From: Bacteroides sp.
GTDB taxonomy: Bacteria; Bacteroidota; Bacteroidia; Bacteroidales; Bacteroidaceae
Direction of reading: 5' to 3'
Assembly: GCA_017630035.1 (NCBI GenBank)
Contig: JAGBWA010000062.1
Location: 39,355-103,354, forward strand
Length of the DNA: 64,000 nt
Below the pieces are notes generated by a model. The model searched no databases. It was not told where the DNA came from and saw only the letters and a program-made list of their open reading frames with translations. Position 1 is the first letter of the stretch. Every line of letters begins with the position of its first letter. Position numbers and translations under genes: made by a program. Below, piece by piece: positions 51,602-61,254 of this stretch.

Positions 51602-52120
51602 ATGAATTGCGACAATAACAACGAAATGTTCCCTTTGGTAGATGAAGAGGGTAACATCTTAGGAGCTGCCACACGCGGTGAGTGTCACAACGGTAGCCGC
51701 TTGCTACACCCCGTAGTGCATCTGCACGTATTCAACAAGCAGGGCGAGTTGTATCTGCAAAAGCGCCCCATGTGGAAGGATATCCAACCGGGCAAGTGGG
51801 ATACAGCCGTAGGCGGACACATGGATTTGGGCGAAAGCGTGGAGATGGCCTTGAGGCGCGAAGTGCGCGAAGAGCTTGGCATTACCGACTTTACACCCGA
51901 AGAGTTGATGCACTACGTTTTCGACTCGGTGCGCGAACGTGAGTTGGTTTTTGTCTATAAAACCGTTTACGATGGCCCCATTACCCCCAGCGAAGAGACC
52001 GACGGAGGCCGCTTTTGGAGCATGGAAGAGATTAAGGAAAGCATAGGCAAAGGCATCCTTACCCCCAACTTTGAAACGGAGATTCAGAAAGTGGTGGAAG
52101 AATTAATAATTAAAAGTTAA
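51602..52120 (+). CDS. NUDIX hydrolase (IDI-like)
   Basis: LHPVVH, LQKR, PGKWD and the GGH...GE......REVREELG Nudix box. Confidence 0.9.
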   Translation: MNCDNNNEMFPLVDEEGNILGAATRGECHNGSRLLHPVVHLHVFNKQGELYLQKRPMWKDIQPGKWDTAVGGHMDLGESVEMALRREVREELGITDFTPEELMHYVFDSVRERELVFVYKTVYDGPITPSEETDGGRFWSMEEIKESIGKGILTPNFETEIQKVVEELIIKS

Positions 52121-52124
52121 AATA

Positions 52125-52159
52125 AAACGCCCCTTATGCTTGGAGCATAGGGGGCGTTT
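52125..52159. terminator. Bidirectional terminator
   Basis: aaacgccccttatgct...agcatagggggcgttt between convergent genes. Confidence 0.8.
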
Positions 52160-52181
52160 AGTATCTATAAACGGGGGCTTA

Positions 52182-53570
52182 TTATTTTGCTAACTCTTCG
52201 ATAACCGCCATTACTTGTTGGCCAATCTCTTCGGCTTCAGCAGGCGAGAAGGCTTCGCTATATACGCGGATGATAGGCTCGGTGTTACTCTTGCGCAAGT
52301 GTACCCACTTGTCGGGGAAGTCAATCTTCACACCATCGATATCGTTAATCTCTTCGTTCTTATAGATTTCCTTAACCTTAGCAAGAATAGCATCAACATC
52401 GGTTTCGGGCTTTAAATCAACACGATTCTTTGCCATGTAGTATGCAGGATAGGTGGCGCGAAGTTCGCTTACCTTCTTGCCTTCGTGTGCCAAATGGCTG
52501 AGGAAGAGAGCAATACCCACCAATGCATCGCGGCCGTAGTGACTTGCAGGATAGATAACACCACCATTGCCTTCGCCACCAATCACGGCACCTACCTCTT
52601 TCATCTTGGTAGTTACGTTTACTTCGCCTACAGCTGCAGCCGAGTAGGTTTGATCATACTTAGCAGTTACATCGCGCAAGGCGCGTGTCGAGCTAAGGTT
52701 GGACACGGTGTTACCTGGGGTGTGCTTCAACACGTAGTCGGCCACGGTAACAAGGGTATATTCTTCGCCATACATCTTGCCATCTTCGCAAATCATGGCC
52801 AAGCAGTCAACGTCAGGATCGACTACAAATGCTACATCTGCCTTGCCGCCTTTCATCAACTCCATAATGTCGCCAAGGTTCTTTTCCAATGGCTCGGGGT
52901 TGTGTTGGAAGTCACCGGTAGGCTCGCAATATAGTTTTTCGATAGATTGTACGCCAAGTGCCTCGAGCAATTGTGGAAGGATAACACCACCTACTGAGTT
53001 GACGCAATCGATAGCCACACGGAAGTTAGCTTTCTTAATAGCCTCAACATCCACCAAATCGAGCGCCAATACGCTATCAATGTGTTTCTGGTTGTACGAC
53101 AAATCTTTGCGATAGCTACCAAGTTTATCTACTTCGGCATATTCAAAGGCCTCAGCCTCGGCAATGCGGAGCACTTCTTGACCTTCGGCCACATTGAGGA
53201 ATTCGCCTTTTTCGTTGAGCAACTTCAATGCATTCCATTGGCGTGGGTTGTGCGAAGCGGTAAGAATGATACCACCATCGGCACCTTCCATTGTAACGGC
53301 AAGCTCGGTGGTAGGTGTAGATGCGAGGTCGATATCAACAACATCCCATCCCATACCCATGAGGGTGCCAACTACGATATTCTTCACCATTTCGCCCGAT
53401 AGACGTGCATCGCGTCCAACGACGATTTTATTGCTTTTTACAGTAGATGTTTGACGGATAAGGGTGGCATAGGCCGAGGTAAACTTAACGATATCCAACG
53501 GATTGAGGCCTTCGCCCACTTGTCCGCCAATAGTACCACGGATGCCCGAAATAGATTTGATTAAAGCCAT
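52182..53570 (-). CDS. glmM: Phosphoglucosamine mutase / phosphohexomutase
   Basis: SGIRG, TASHNP, DPDVD, GEGNGG and RKSNTEP motifs. Confidence 0.9.
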   Translation of the reverse strand: MALIKSISGIRGTIGGQVGEGLNPLDIVKFTSAYATLIRQTSTVKSNKIVVGRDARLSGEMVKNIVVGTLMGMGWDVVDIDLASTPTTELAVTMEGADGGIILTASHNPRQWNALKLLNEKGEFLNVAEGQEVLRIAEAEAFEYAEVDKLGSYRKDLSYNQKHIDSVLALDLVDVEAIKKANFRVAIDCVNSVGGVILPQLLEALGVQSIEKLYCEPTGDFQHNPEPLEKNLGDIMELMKGGKADVAFVVDPDVDCLAMICEDGKMYGEEYTLVTVADYVLKHTPGNTVSNLSSTRALRDVTAKYDQTYSAAAVGEVNVTTKMKEVGAVIGGEGNGGVIYPASHYGRDALVGIALFLSHLAHEGKKVSELRATYPAYYMAKNRVDLKPETDVDAILAKVKEIYKNEEINDIDGVKIDFPDKWVHLRKSNTEPIIRVYSEAFSPAEAEEIGQQVMAVIEELAK

Positions 53571-53644
53571 AAATTTTATGATTTATGATTTATGATTTGT
53601 GATTGCTGATAGAAATTCATAATTCATAATTCAAAATTAAACTA

Positions 53645-54259
53645 TTATCTCCAAAATTGAATCTTGCGTAAGTCATAGAAATAGGGATATACATTGCTAA
53701 GTGCCCTGTCGTGTCCCATCTTATGGGGTACGATGAGTTTTACGTGTGCACCATCGCGAATGTATGCCAAAGCAGCAAGCCATCCAGCAGGTACGGTGGT
53801 TGAGCCATAATAGTAGTACATAGCACCAACGGTAGCTGTTGAGAAGATACCTGCGATAGATGAAGAGGTAACGGTATAACGGAATTCATCCACCATGTAG
53901 GGAGTTTCTAAATTGGAAACTGTAACCATTTTGTCGTAAAGGCTATATTCCGAGAATCGCACCAATACAACTTCGTTTGGACGAATGGTGTCGGCAAGGT
54001 TTTCCGAACCATTATCAACAATTTGCATATACACACCGCTAGCCAATTGTACGTATTCGTTCTTGCTTACGTCGGTAACAGAGTCGTTGGCATAAAATTC
54101 GCTTTGCGATATTACGGTGATGCTGCTATCACGAATAAAAGCTTCGATGGCATTGTCCTCCTCTTCCATCTTTTCAGCGTATGTTTTTGTTTCGTCGCAA
54201 GCACAGAAGATGGCCGAGACTGCCATCAATGCAAAAATGAATGGTAAAATTTTCTTCAT
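53645..54259 (-). CDS. Lipoprotein (DUF4827-like, FKBP-like fold)
   Basis: Lipobox CAC, TYA, SGVYMQIVD.G, VPAGW and VKLIVPHKMG motifs. Confidence 0.75.
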   Translation of the reverse strand: MKKILPFIFALMAVSAIFCACDETKTYAEKMEEEDNAIEAFIRDSSITVISQSEFYANDSVTDVSKNEYVQLASGVYMQIVDNGSENLADTIRPNEVVLVRFSEYSLYDKMVTVSNLETPYMVDEFRYTVTSSSIAGIFSTATVGAMYYYYGSTTVPAGWLAALAYIRDGAHVKLIVPHKMGHDRALSNVYPYFYDLRKIQFWR

Positions 54260-54357
54260 TGGTTATGTTTGTTCGTATTTTGGGTGCAAAAGTATTCTAT
54301 TTAATTGAAAATAAGAAGGAGAAAGGGAGAAAGTTCGTATCTTTTAACCTTTCTATG

Positions 54358-55407
54358 CTATTTTTTCTCGGCATAGCAAGCTAAAAGTTGCGGTTTGAAC
54401 TTCTCGATAGCCTCTTCGAAGCGTTGTTTGGCCTCCTCCATGGTGCCGTAAAACTCACCGCCCGACGCATTCAAGTGGCCACCTCCGTTAAAGAATTCAG
54501 CAGCAAGTTGGTTGCACGGGAAGCTACCTACCGAGCGCAATGACACTTTAATCATCGGTTTCTCGGTATCTTCGCGTAGGAAGCACGAACAAACAACGTT
54601 GCGTATGCTAAGCGGCATGTTTACAAAGCCTTCGCTATCGCCACGGATGTAGTTGAAGCGGCTTTGCTCTTTCTCGGTGAGCGAGATAAGGGCAGTGTGA
54701 TGCTTGCGATAGACATACATGTGCGAAAGGACATACCCCATCAAGCGCAAGCGGCTTTCGGAATAGGTATTGAACACCTTGCGATAGATAGCATCTTTGT
54801 CGATGCCCTTCGAAAGCAATTCGCTAATGATGAAATATACCTCGCGGTTGTTCGAGTTGAAGGTGAAACCACCTGTATCGGTCATCATGCCGGTGTAGAT
54901 ACATTCGGCCGCCTCCTTAGTAATGTCGTCGAAGCAACCCAAACGGCATATCAAGCGGAAAACCAACTCGGAAGTAGAAGCCATTTCGGGATGCGAGATG
55001 ACTATTTTACAAAAGTCACCAGGATTCAAGTGGTGGTCGATAAGGATTTTGCGAGCAGGTGATGCTAAAACGGCATCGGCCATCTCGTCGATGCGGCTGA
55101 TGACGTTGAAGTCGAGGCAACAGATAACGTCGGCTTCGGCTATCAATTTATCGGCCTCTTCACGCATACTATCGTAGAGAAGCACGCCTTTTGTTCCGGG
55201 CATCCACCGAAGGAAATCGGGAAAAGCGTTGGGCGTAATGACGTGTGCCTCCTTGCCTTGCAACGACAGGAAGTGCCACAAGCCAAGCGATGAGCCAATG
55301 GCATCGCCGTCGGGCGATACGTGCGATACGATTACAAACTTCTCTCCATTTTCGAGCCACTTTTCAAAACGGTCAATCTTATTTTGGTCGATTATCTTTG
55401 TCAGCAT
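54358..55407 (-). CDS. nrnA: DHH family oligoribonuclease/PAP phosphatase
   Basis: HVSPDGDAIGS, IDHH, TDTG.F and GGGHLNASG motifs. Confidence 0.92.
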   Translation of the reverse strand: MLTKIIDQNKIDRFEKWLENGEKFVIVSHVSPDGDAIGSSLGLWHFLSLQGKEAHVITPNAFPDFLRWMPGTKGVLLYDSMREEADKLIAEADVICCLDFNVISRIDEMADAVLASPARKILIDHHLNPGDFCKIVISHPEMASTSELVFRLICRLGCFDDITKEAAECIYTGMMTDTGGFTFNSNNREVYFIISELLSKGIDKDAIYRKVFNTYSESRLRLMGYVLSHMYVYRKHHTALISLTEKEQSRFNYIRGDSEGFVNMPLSIRNVVCSCFLREDTEKPMIKVSLRSVGSFPCNQLAAEFFNGGGHLNASGGEFYGTMEEAKQRFEEAIEKFKPQLLACYAEKK

Positions 55408-55523
55408 ATAGTGATAGTTTCTTAATTGAACGTGCAAAAATAAGAAAAAGGTTTGAGCACAGAAAAAATATATTTGTTTATTTCGGCAGGTTGTAGTATC
55501 TTCGCACTACAATTAGCGTAAAT

Positions 55524-56492
55524 ATGGAAAAGAAAGATTTAAGAATTGTATATATGGGGACACCCGACTTTGCCGTCGAATCCCTCCGTTGCCTCGTGGA
55601 AGGCGGATATAATGTAGTAGGTGTAATCACCATGCCCGACAAACCGGCCGGACGCGGACACAAGGTGCAATTCTCACCCGTGAAGCAATATGCATTGGAG
55701 CAAGGATTGCCATTGTTGCAACCCGAACGATTGAAGGACGAGGCGTTTATCGAAGCACTACGTGCCTGGCAAGCCGACTTGCAGATTGTGGTAGCCTTCC
55801 GCATGTTGCCGCAAGTAGTGTGGGACATGCCACGATTGGGCACCTTCAACCTGCACGCTTCGCTCCTACCCCAATATCGCGGTGCAGCACCCATCAACTG
55901 GGCGGTAATGAATGGCGACACCGAAACGGGTATCACTACCTTCTTCCTACAACACGAGATTGACACCGGCGAAGTGATTCAACAGGTGAAAGTGCCCATT
56001 GCCGAAACCGACAACGTGGGCATTGTACACGACAAACTGATGATGCTGGGCGGAAAGTTGGTTGTGGAAACCGTCGATGCCATCTTGAACGGAAGCGTAA
56101 AGAGCATACCGCAAGAGGAGATGGCCGTGGTGGGCGAACTGAAGCCTGCACCCAAAATCTTTAAAGAGACATGCCGCATCGATTGGACAAGAAGCGCTAA
56201 ACAAGTATATGACTTCATCCGCGGCCTATCACCCTACCCTGCCGCCTGGACAGAACTTCACCAACCCGAAGGCGATGTGCTTACCTTAAAGGTATTCGAA
56301 AGCGATCGCATCGAAAAAGCACACAACAACCCCGTAGGCGCTATCGACACCGATGGTAAAAACTACCTACACGTTGCCGTATCCGATGGTTGGATTGCCA
56401 TAAAATCGCTACAATTACCCGGAAAAAAGCGCCTAAAAACAGACGAATTGCTTCGAGGATTCAAGATAAACAACGATTTTTGCGTTAAATAG
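55524..56492 (+). CDS. fmt: Methionyl-tRNA formyltransferase
   Basis: MGTPDFA, PDKPAGRG and NLHASLLPQYRGAAPI motifs. Confidence 0.98.
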   Translation: MEKKDLRIVYMGTPDFAVESLRCLVEGGYNVVGVITMPDKPAGRGHKVQFSPVKQYALEQGLPLLQPERLKDEAFIEALRAWQADLQIVVAFRMLPQVVWDMPRLGTFNLHASLLPQYRGAAPINWAVMNGDTETGITTFFLQHEIDTGEVIQQVKVPIAETDNVGIVHDKLMMLGGKLVVETVDAILNGSVKSIPQEEMAVVGELKPAPKIFKETCRIDWTRSAKQVYDFIRGLSPYPAAWTELHQPEGDVLTLKVFESDRIEKAHNNPVGAIDTDGKNYLHVAVSDGWIAIKSLQLPGKKRLKTDELLRGFKINNDFCVK

Positions 56493-56535
56493 AAAGTTTT
56501 TCCTACATTTGTAGCACAAATAAACAACGTTTCCT

Positions 56536-57183
56536 ATGAAAACTCTCGTGTCACCCTCTATACTATCGGCCGACTTCGGTAACTTGCAAGCCGACATTGA
56601 AATGCTAAACCGTAGCGAAGCCGATTGGATTCATGCCGACGTCATGGACGGTGTGTTCGTGCCAAACATCTCATTCGGTTTCCCCGTACTGAAGGCGGTA
56701 GCCAAGGTTGCACAAAAGCCACTCGATGTACACCTGATGATTGTACAACCCGAAAAGTTTATCCCCGAGGTAAAGGCGTTGGGCGCATACATCATGAATG
56801 TACACTACGAAGCATGTCCACACCTACATCGCGTGGTACAACAGATTCGCGAAGCAGGTATGCAACCGGCCGTTACCATCAACCCTGCTACACCCGTATC
56901 GTTGCTGAAAGACATCATTAAAGATGTCTATATGGTGTTGGTAATGAGTGTAAACCCTGGCTTTGGCGGACAAGAGTTTATCGAGCATAGCCTTGACAAG
57001 ATACGCGAACTGAAAGCGTTGATTAAGGAAACCGGCTCGACTGCACTTATCGAAGTGGATGGCGGTGTGAACATGGAAACCGCACCCCGACTGATTGAAG
57101 CCGGTGCCGACGTGCTTGTAGCAGGAAGTGCCGTATTCAAAGCCGCTTCGCCCGAAGAAGCTATCCGTAACTTGAAGCAATAA
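56536..57183 (+). CDS. rpe: Ribulose-phosphate 3-epimerase
   Basis: PSILSADF, HADVMDG.FVPN, DVHLM, MSVNPGFGGQ and VDGG motifs. Confidence 0.98.
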   Translation: MKTLVSPSILSADFGNLQADIEMLNRSEADWIHADVMDGVFVPNISFGFPVLKAVAKVAQKPLDVHLMIVQPEKFIPEVKALGAYIMNVHYEACPHLHRVVQQIREAGMQPAVTINPATPVSLLKDIIKDVYMVLVMSVNPGFGGQEFIEHSLDKIRELKALIKETGSTALIEVDGGVNMETAPRLIEAGADVLVAGSAVFKAASPEEAIRNLKQ

Positions 57184-57187
57184 CAAC

Positions 57188-58762
57188 ATGCAAACGGGGT
57201 TGCACCGACATCCCTTCTTATGGTTTCTACTCCCACTCGCTTTGGGAATTGTGTGCCGTGAGTACACAACATTATCGTTTAGCCCAGCCACAACGATAGC
57301 TATTCTTATTGCCCTCGTCTTATGGATGTGTTTATGTTATCGACGCTTTTCTCGTTGCTTCGTAAGCGCATTCATGGCATTGCTATTTGTGTTGGGCATG
57401 GGTTGTTTGTCGCTACACTACCGCTCGCTCACCTTTCCTTTTACCAACGATAAGCAAGTTTGTCTAATTAAGATAAGCGACAATGCCGAAGAGAAACAAC
57501 GCTCGGTGCAATACAAAGTCGACATCTTAGCTTACCTACAAGGCGATTCGCTCATCGCCCTACCGCATCATCCCACATGCTTACTCTACTTTCCTAAAGA
57601 TTCAATCAGCTATACCCTACAACGCGGCGAGCAATTGGCTATCAATGCGCGCATGCAACCACCCCAAAACTTTGGCGACATTGTTTTTGACTATGCCCGA
57701 TACTTGAAGCGAAAAGGCATAGCCGCTACGGCCTATGTACCCGCGAATAGTTGGAAAATTATTGGGAAAGATAGCCTCAACAATTGGCGCGAGAAGGCCA
57801 ATCGCTATCGGGAAAAGATAGCCAATTATTACTATAGTTTAGGTTTTAGTGGCGATGAATTGGGAGTATTAACAGCTTTGACTATAGGCGAAAAAGAGCA
57901 TTTGAGCGATGAGATTCGAGAAACCTATTCGGTGGCAGGCGCAAGCCATGTGCTTGCGTTATCGGGCTTGCATGTGGGGTTATTGGCTTGGTTGTTGATG
58001 GTTTGCTTTGGCCTGCTTATCCGTTATTGGCCAGCACTTCGCCCCTTACTTGTTTTACTCACCCTTTGCTTATTGGGTGGCTTTGCCTATTTTACCGGTC
58101 TTTCACCATCGGTGGTGCGCGCAGTTGTCATGTTTTCGCTTTTAGCCATTGTACGTTTGTGGCGCAACGAGCCACTGACCTTGAACGTAGTAGCCTTTAC
58201 GGCTTTCATCATGCTCTGTTTCAAGCCTATTTGGTTGTTCGATGTAGGTTTTCAGCTATCTTTTTCGGCCGTATTTGCCATTTTGCTATTCTTCCCTCGT
58301 TTGAATGCACTATGCCCCACCCGTTCGTTCGTCATCAAGAGGATATGGAGTCTGATGGCCGTTTCGATAGCGGCTCAGCTGGGCACGGCACCATTAGTGA
58401 TATACTACTTTGGCCGTTTCTCCACCCACTTCTTGCTAACCAATCTTTGGGTTATTCCATTAGTTACCTTGGTGATGTATTTGGCCGTTGCCTTGCTATT
58501 GATTGCACCCTTCCCCCTCCTTCAAGGTTGGGTTGCATTGGCACTTCAAAAGTTGTTGATGATACAACACAAAGGGTTGCATTGGATAGAGTCTCTTCCG
58601 TATGCATCGTTCGATAACATTGCAATTGGCTGGGTAGATGTGCTATTGCTCTACTTGCTATTGCATGCCATATACCTATATATACAAGGCTTTTCGCTAT
58701 CGCGCTTGCGATGGCTTTGTGTCATAGGTATAGTGGTGGCAGTCTTTGTTCTTATAGGATAA
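57188..58762 (+). CDS. comEC: ComEC/Rec2 competence family membrane protein (no beta-lactamase domain)
   Basis: DUF4131-like N-terminal region, HVLALSGLHVG, PSVVRA and GFQLSF motifs. Confidence 0.88.
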   Translation: MQTGLHRHPFLWFLLPLALGIVCREYTTLSFSPATTIAILIALVLWMCLCYRRFSRCFVSAFMALLFVLGMGCLSLHYRSLTFPFTNDKQVCLIKISDNAEEKQRSVQYKVDILAYLQGDSLIALPHHPTCLLYFPKDSISYTLQRGEQLAINARMQPPQNFGDIVFDYARYLKRKGIAATAYVPANSWKIIGKDSLNNWREKANRYREKIANYYYSLGFSGDELGVLTALTIGEKEHLSDEIRETYSVAGASHVLALSGLHVGLLAWLLMVCFGLLIRYWPALRPLLVLLTLCLLGGFAYFTGLSPSVVRAVVMFSLLAIVRLWRNEPLTLNVVAFTAFIMLCFKPIWLFDVGFQLSFSAVFAILLFFPRLNALCPTRSFVIKRIWSLMAVSIAAQLGTAPLVIYYFGRFSTHFLLTNLWVIPLVTLVMYLAVALLLIAPFPLLQGWVALALQKLLMIQHKGLHWIESLPYASFDNIAIGWVDVLLLYLLLHAIYLYIQGFSLSRLRWLCVIGIVVAVFVLIG

Positions 58763-58806
58763 ACCTACCACCTCCTTCCCGAAGGAGGAGAATAAAATGT
58801 AACAAT

Positions 58807-60597
58807 TTAATCTTCAGAGAAGTGTACCAATACCTGACGATAAGAATTGAAAATCTTCGATTTGGATACAAAGCCTAAGTAATGCCCCTCTTCATCCACC
58901 ACCGGTAAGTTCCATGCATTGGTATCATCGAACTTCTTCATTACATTCTCCATACTGTCCGTACTAAGCAAACGAGCCGGTGCCGAGGTCATGAAACGTT
59001 TTACATTGAAGCGATGGTACAACTCTTGACGGAACATAATGTTGCGAATATCGTCGAGCAACACAATGCCTATCAGTTTGTTCTCACTATCGGTTACGGG
59101 GAAGATATTACGTCGCGAAGAAGAGATGGCCTTAACCACATCGCCCAAATCCATTTCCGGATGAACGGTAACGAAATCGGTTTCCACCACCTTGTCCAGA
59201 TGCATCAATGTTAAAACAGCTTTATCTTTATGGTGGGTAAGCAGTTCGCCCTTCTTGGCCAAACGCATAGAGTAGATACTATGCGGTTCGAAGATAATAA
59301 TAGTGAGGTATGAGCTAACCGACACAATCATCAACGGCAGGAAGAGGTCATATCCACCGGTAAGCTCTGCAATCAAGAACACACCGGTAAGCGGTGCATG
59401 CATCACACCACTCATCACACCGGCCATACCCATCAAAGCAAAGTTTTTCTCTGGCAGGTAGGAAGTAATCGAAAGGTCGTTGCTGAAATGTGCAAAGACA
59501 AAACCCGATATACATCCCAAGAAAAGCGAAGGTGCAAAAATACCACCGCATCCACCACCACCATTTGTAGCACTCGATGCAAATACCTTAAAGAGCACAA
59601 TCAAAAGCAGATAGACTAACAACAATTCGCTATAGCCATAGAACAGCGAATTGTTCATAACGCTCTCCCAATGTTCGTTGGACGAACCATTCAGCAAGAG
59701 TTCGATTGTATCGTAGCCTTCACCATAGAGTGGTGGGAAGATAAAAATCAATATACTCAGCATGATACCACCGACAATCAACTTTCGCCCTGGGGTTAAT
59801 AAGCGGGCAAACCATCCCTCGGCAGTGTTCATGGCGCGGGTAAAGTAGAGCGACACCAAGCCACAGAAGATACCCAATAAAATAACATAAGGAATACGTT
59901 CCAATTCGAAGGGTTGATCCAAGTGGAACTTAAACATTGCATCCGTACCACTGGTGATATAGGAAACGGTAGCAGCGGTTACGGCCGAAATGAGCAACGG
60001 CAAGAGTGACGACATGGTTAGGTCTATCATCAACACTTCGAGTGTAAAGACCAAACCGGCTATCGGAGCCTTGAAGATACCGGCCACGGCACCGGCAGCG
60101 CCACAACCCACAAGCAACATCAAGGTACGATGTTCCATCTTAAAGAGGCTACCCAAATTCGAGCCAATGGCCGAACCCGTCAGTACAATCGGTGCTTCGG
60201 CTCCTACCGAACCACCAAAGCCGATGGTAATGGAACTGGCTACGATAGACGACCAAGTGTTATGACGTTTAATGCGACTTTTACGGCTCGAAATAGCATA
60301 AAGAATCTTTGTTACACCGTGCCCGATATCATCCTTCACCACAAAGCGCACGAACAATCCGGCCAAAGCAATACCAATAACGGGATAAAGCAAGTAGAGG
60401 TAGTTGACCTCGGTAGTAGAGAAATTTTCGGTCAAAAAATGTTGAATAGCGTGTATCATCCACTTCAACACAATAGCAGCAATGGCCGTACCGATACCCA
60501 CCAAGAAGCTGAGCACCAAGATGAAGTGTTTCTCTTTTATGTTATTCTCGCGCCAAATAATGAAGCGCTGTAGCCAACTTTCTTTTTCTCCTGCCAT
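58807..60597 (-). CDS. ClC chloride channel protein with CBS pair
   Basis: GGSVGAEAP, FKAPIAG..F.LE, GGIFAP and C-terminal CBS domains. Confidence 0.93.
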   Translation of the reverse strand: MAGEKESWLQRFIIWRENNIKEKHFILVLSFLVGIGTAIAAIVLKWMIHAIQHFLTENFSTTEVNYLYLLYPVIGIALAGLFVRFVVKDDIGHGVTKILYAISSRKSRIKRHNTWSSIVASSITIGFGGSVGAEAPIVLTGSAIGSNLGSLFKMEHRTLMLLVGCGAAGAVAGIFKAPIAGLVFTLEVLMIDLTMSSLLPLLISAVTAATVSYITSGTDAMFKFHLDQPFELERIPYVILLGIFCGLVSLYFTRAMNTAEGWFARLLTPGRKLIVGGIMLSILIFIFPPLYGEGYDTIELLLNGSSNEHWESVMNNSLFYGYSELLLVYLLLIVLFKVFASSATNGGGGCGGIFAPSLFLGCISGFVFAHFSNDLSITSYLPEKNFALMGMAGVMSGVMHAPLTGVFLIAELTGGYDLFLPLMIVSVSSYLTIIIFEPHSIYSMRLAKKGELLTHHKDKAVLTLMHLDKVVETDFVTVHPEMDLGDVVKAISSSRRNIFPVTDSENKLIGIVLLDDIRNIMFRQELYHRFNVKRFMTSAPARLLSTDSMENVMKKFDDTNAWNLPVVDEEGHYLGFVSKSKIFNSYRQVLVHFSED

Positions 60598-60600
60598 ACG

Positions 60601-61164
60601 TTATTTACGGATAATTTCTATTTCGGCACCTTTGCCCAACTTGATGATGCTGCTTGGCGCGGGTGCTTGTGTTTCTTCTTGACGATAATCTACAATGTAA
60701 TCGACAGCAGCCTTTATCTCTTCGCTTATCTCGCAGAAACATTTTGGCGAAGGCATGCCACTAATGTTGGCCGATGTAGATACGATGGCTTTACGGAATT
60801 GTTGGCATAGACGCTTCGAAAAGGTTTCGTCCGTCACTCGAATGCCCACACTTCCATCTTCGGCCAAGAGGTTTCCTGCCAAGTTTCGCGCACCTTGATA
60901 GATAATGGTAAGCGGCTTATCGGTCAGCTCAATCAAGTCCCAAGCAATATCGGGCACATCTTGCACATAGAAATCGACCTTCACAGGCGAATCGACCAAC
61001 ACCAACAGCGCCTTGCTATCAGCACGTTGTTTTATTTCGTACACCCGCTTTACAGCCTCTTCGTTTGTGGCATCGCATCCAATGCCCCAAATCGTATCGG
61101 TGGGATAAAGGATTACGCCACCCTCTTTCAGTACCTGACACGCTTTTTTAATCTCTTCGTTCAT
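60601..61164 (-). CDS. tsaC: L-threonylcarbamoyladenylate synthase (Sua5/YrdC)
   Basis: YPTDTIWGIGC, K.R and STSANISG motifs. Confidence 0.93.
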   Translation of the reverse strand: MNEEIKKACQVLKEGGVILYPTDTIWGIGCDATNEEAVKRVYEIKQRADSKALLVLVDSPVKVDFYVQDVPDIAWDLIELTDKPLTIIYQGARNLAGNLLAEDGSVGIRVTDETFSKRLCQQFRKAIVSTSANISGMPSPKCFCEISEEIKAAVDYIVDYRQEETQAPAPSSIIKLGKGAEIEIIRK

Positions 61165-61254
61165 ACTCTTTGCGTCGATTAGGTTGCAAAGATGGCATTT
61201 TTTTTTGGTAAGCCAAAGAAGTTAATTAACTTTGCTACCTGAAAACCTCATAAT

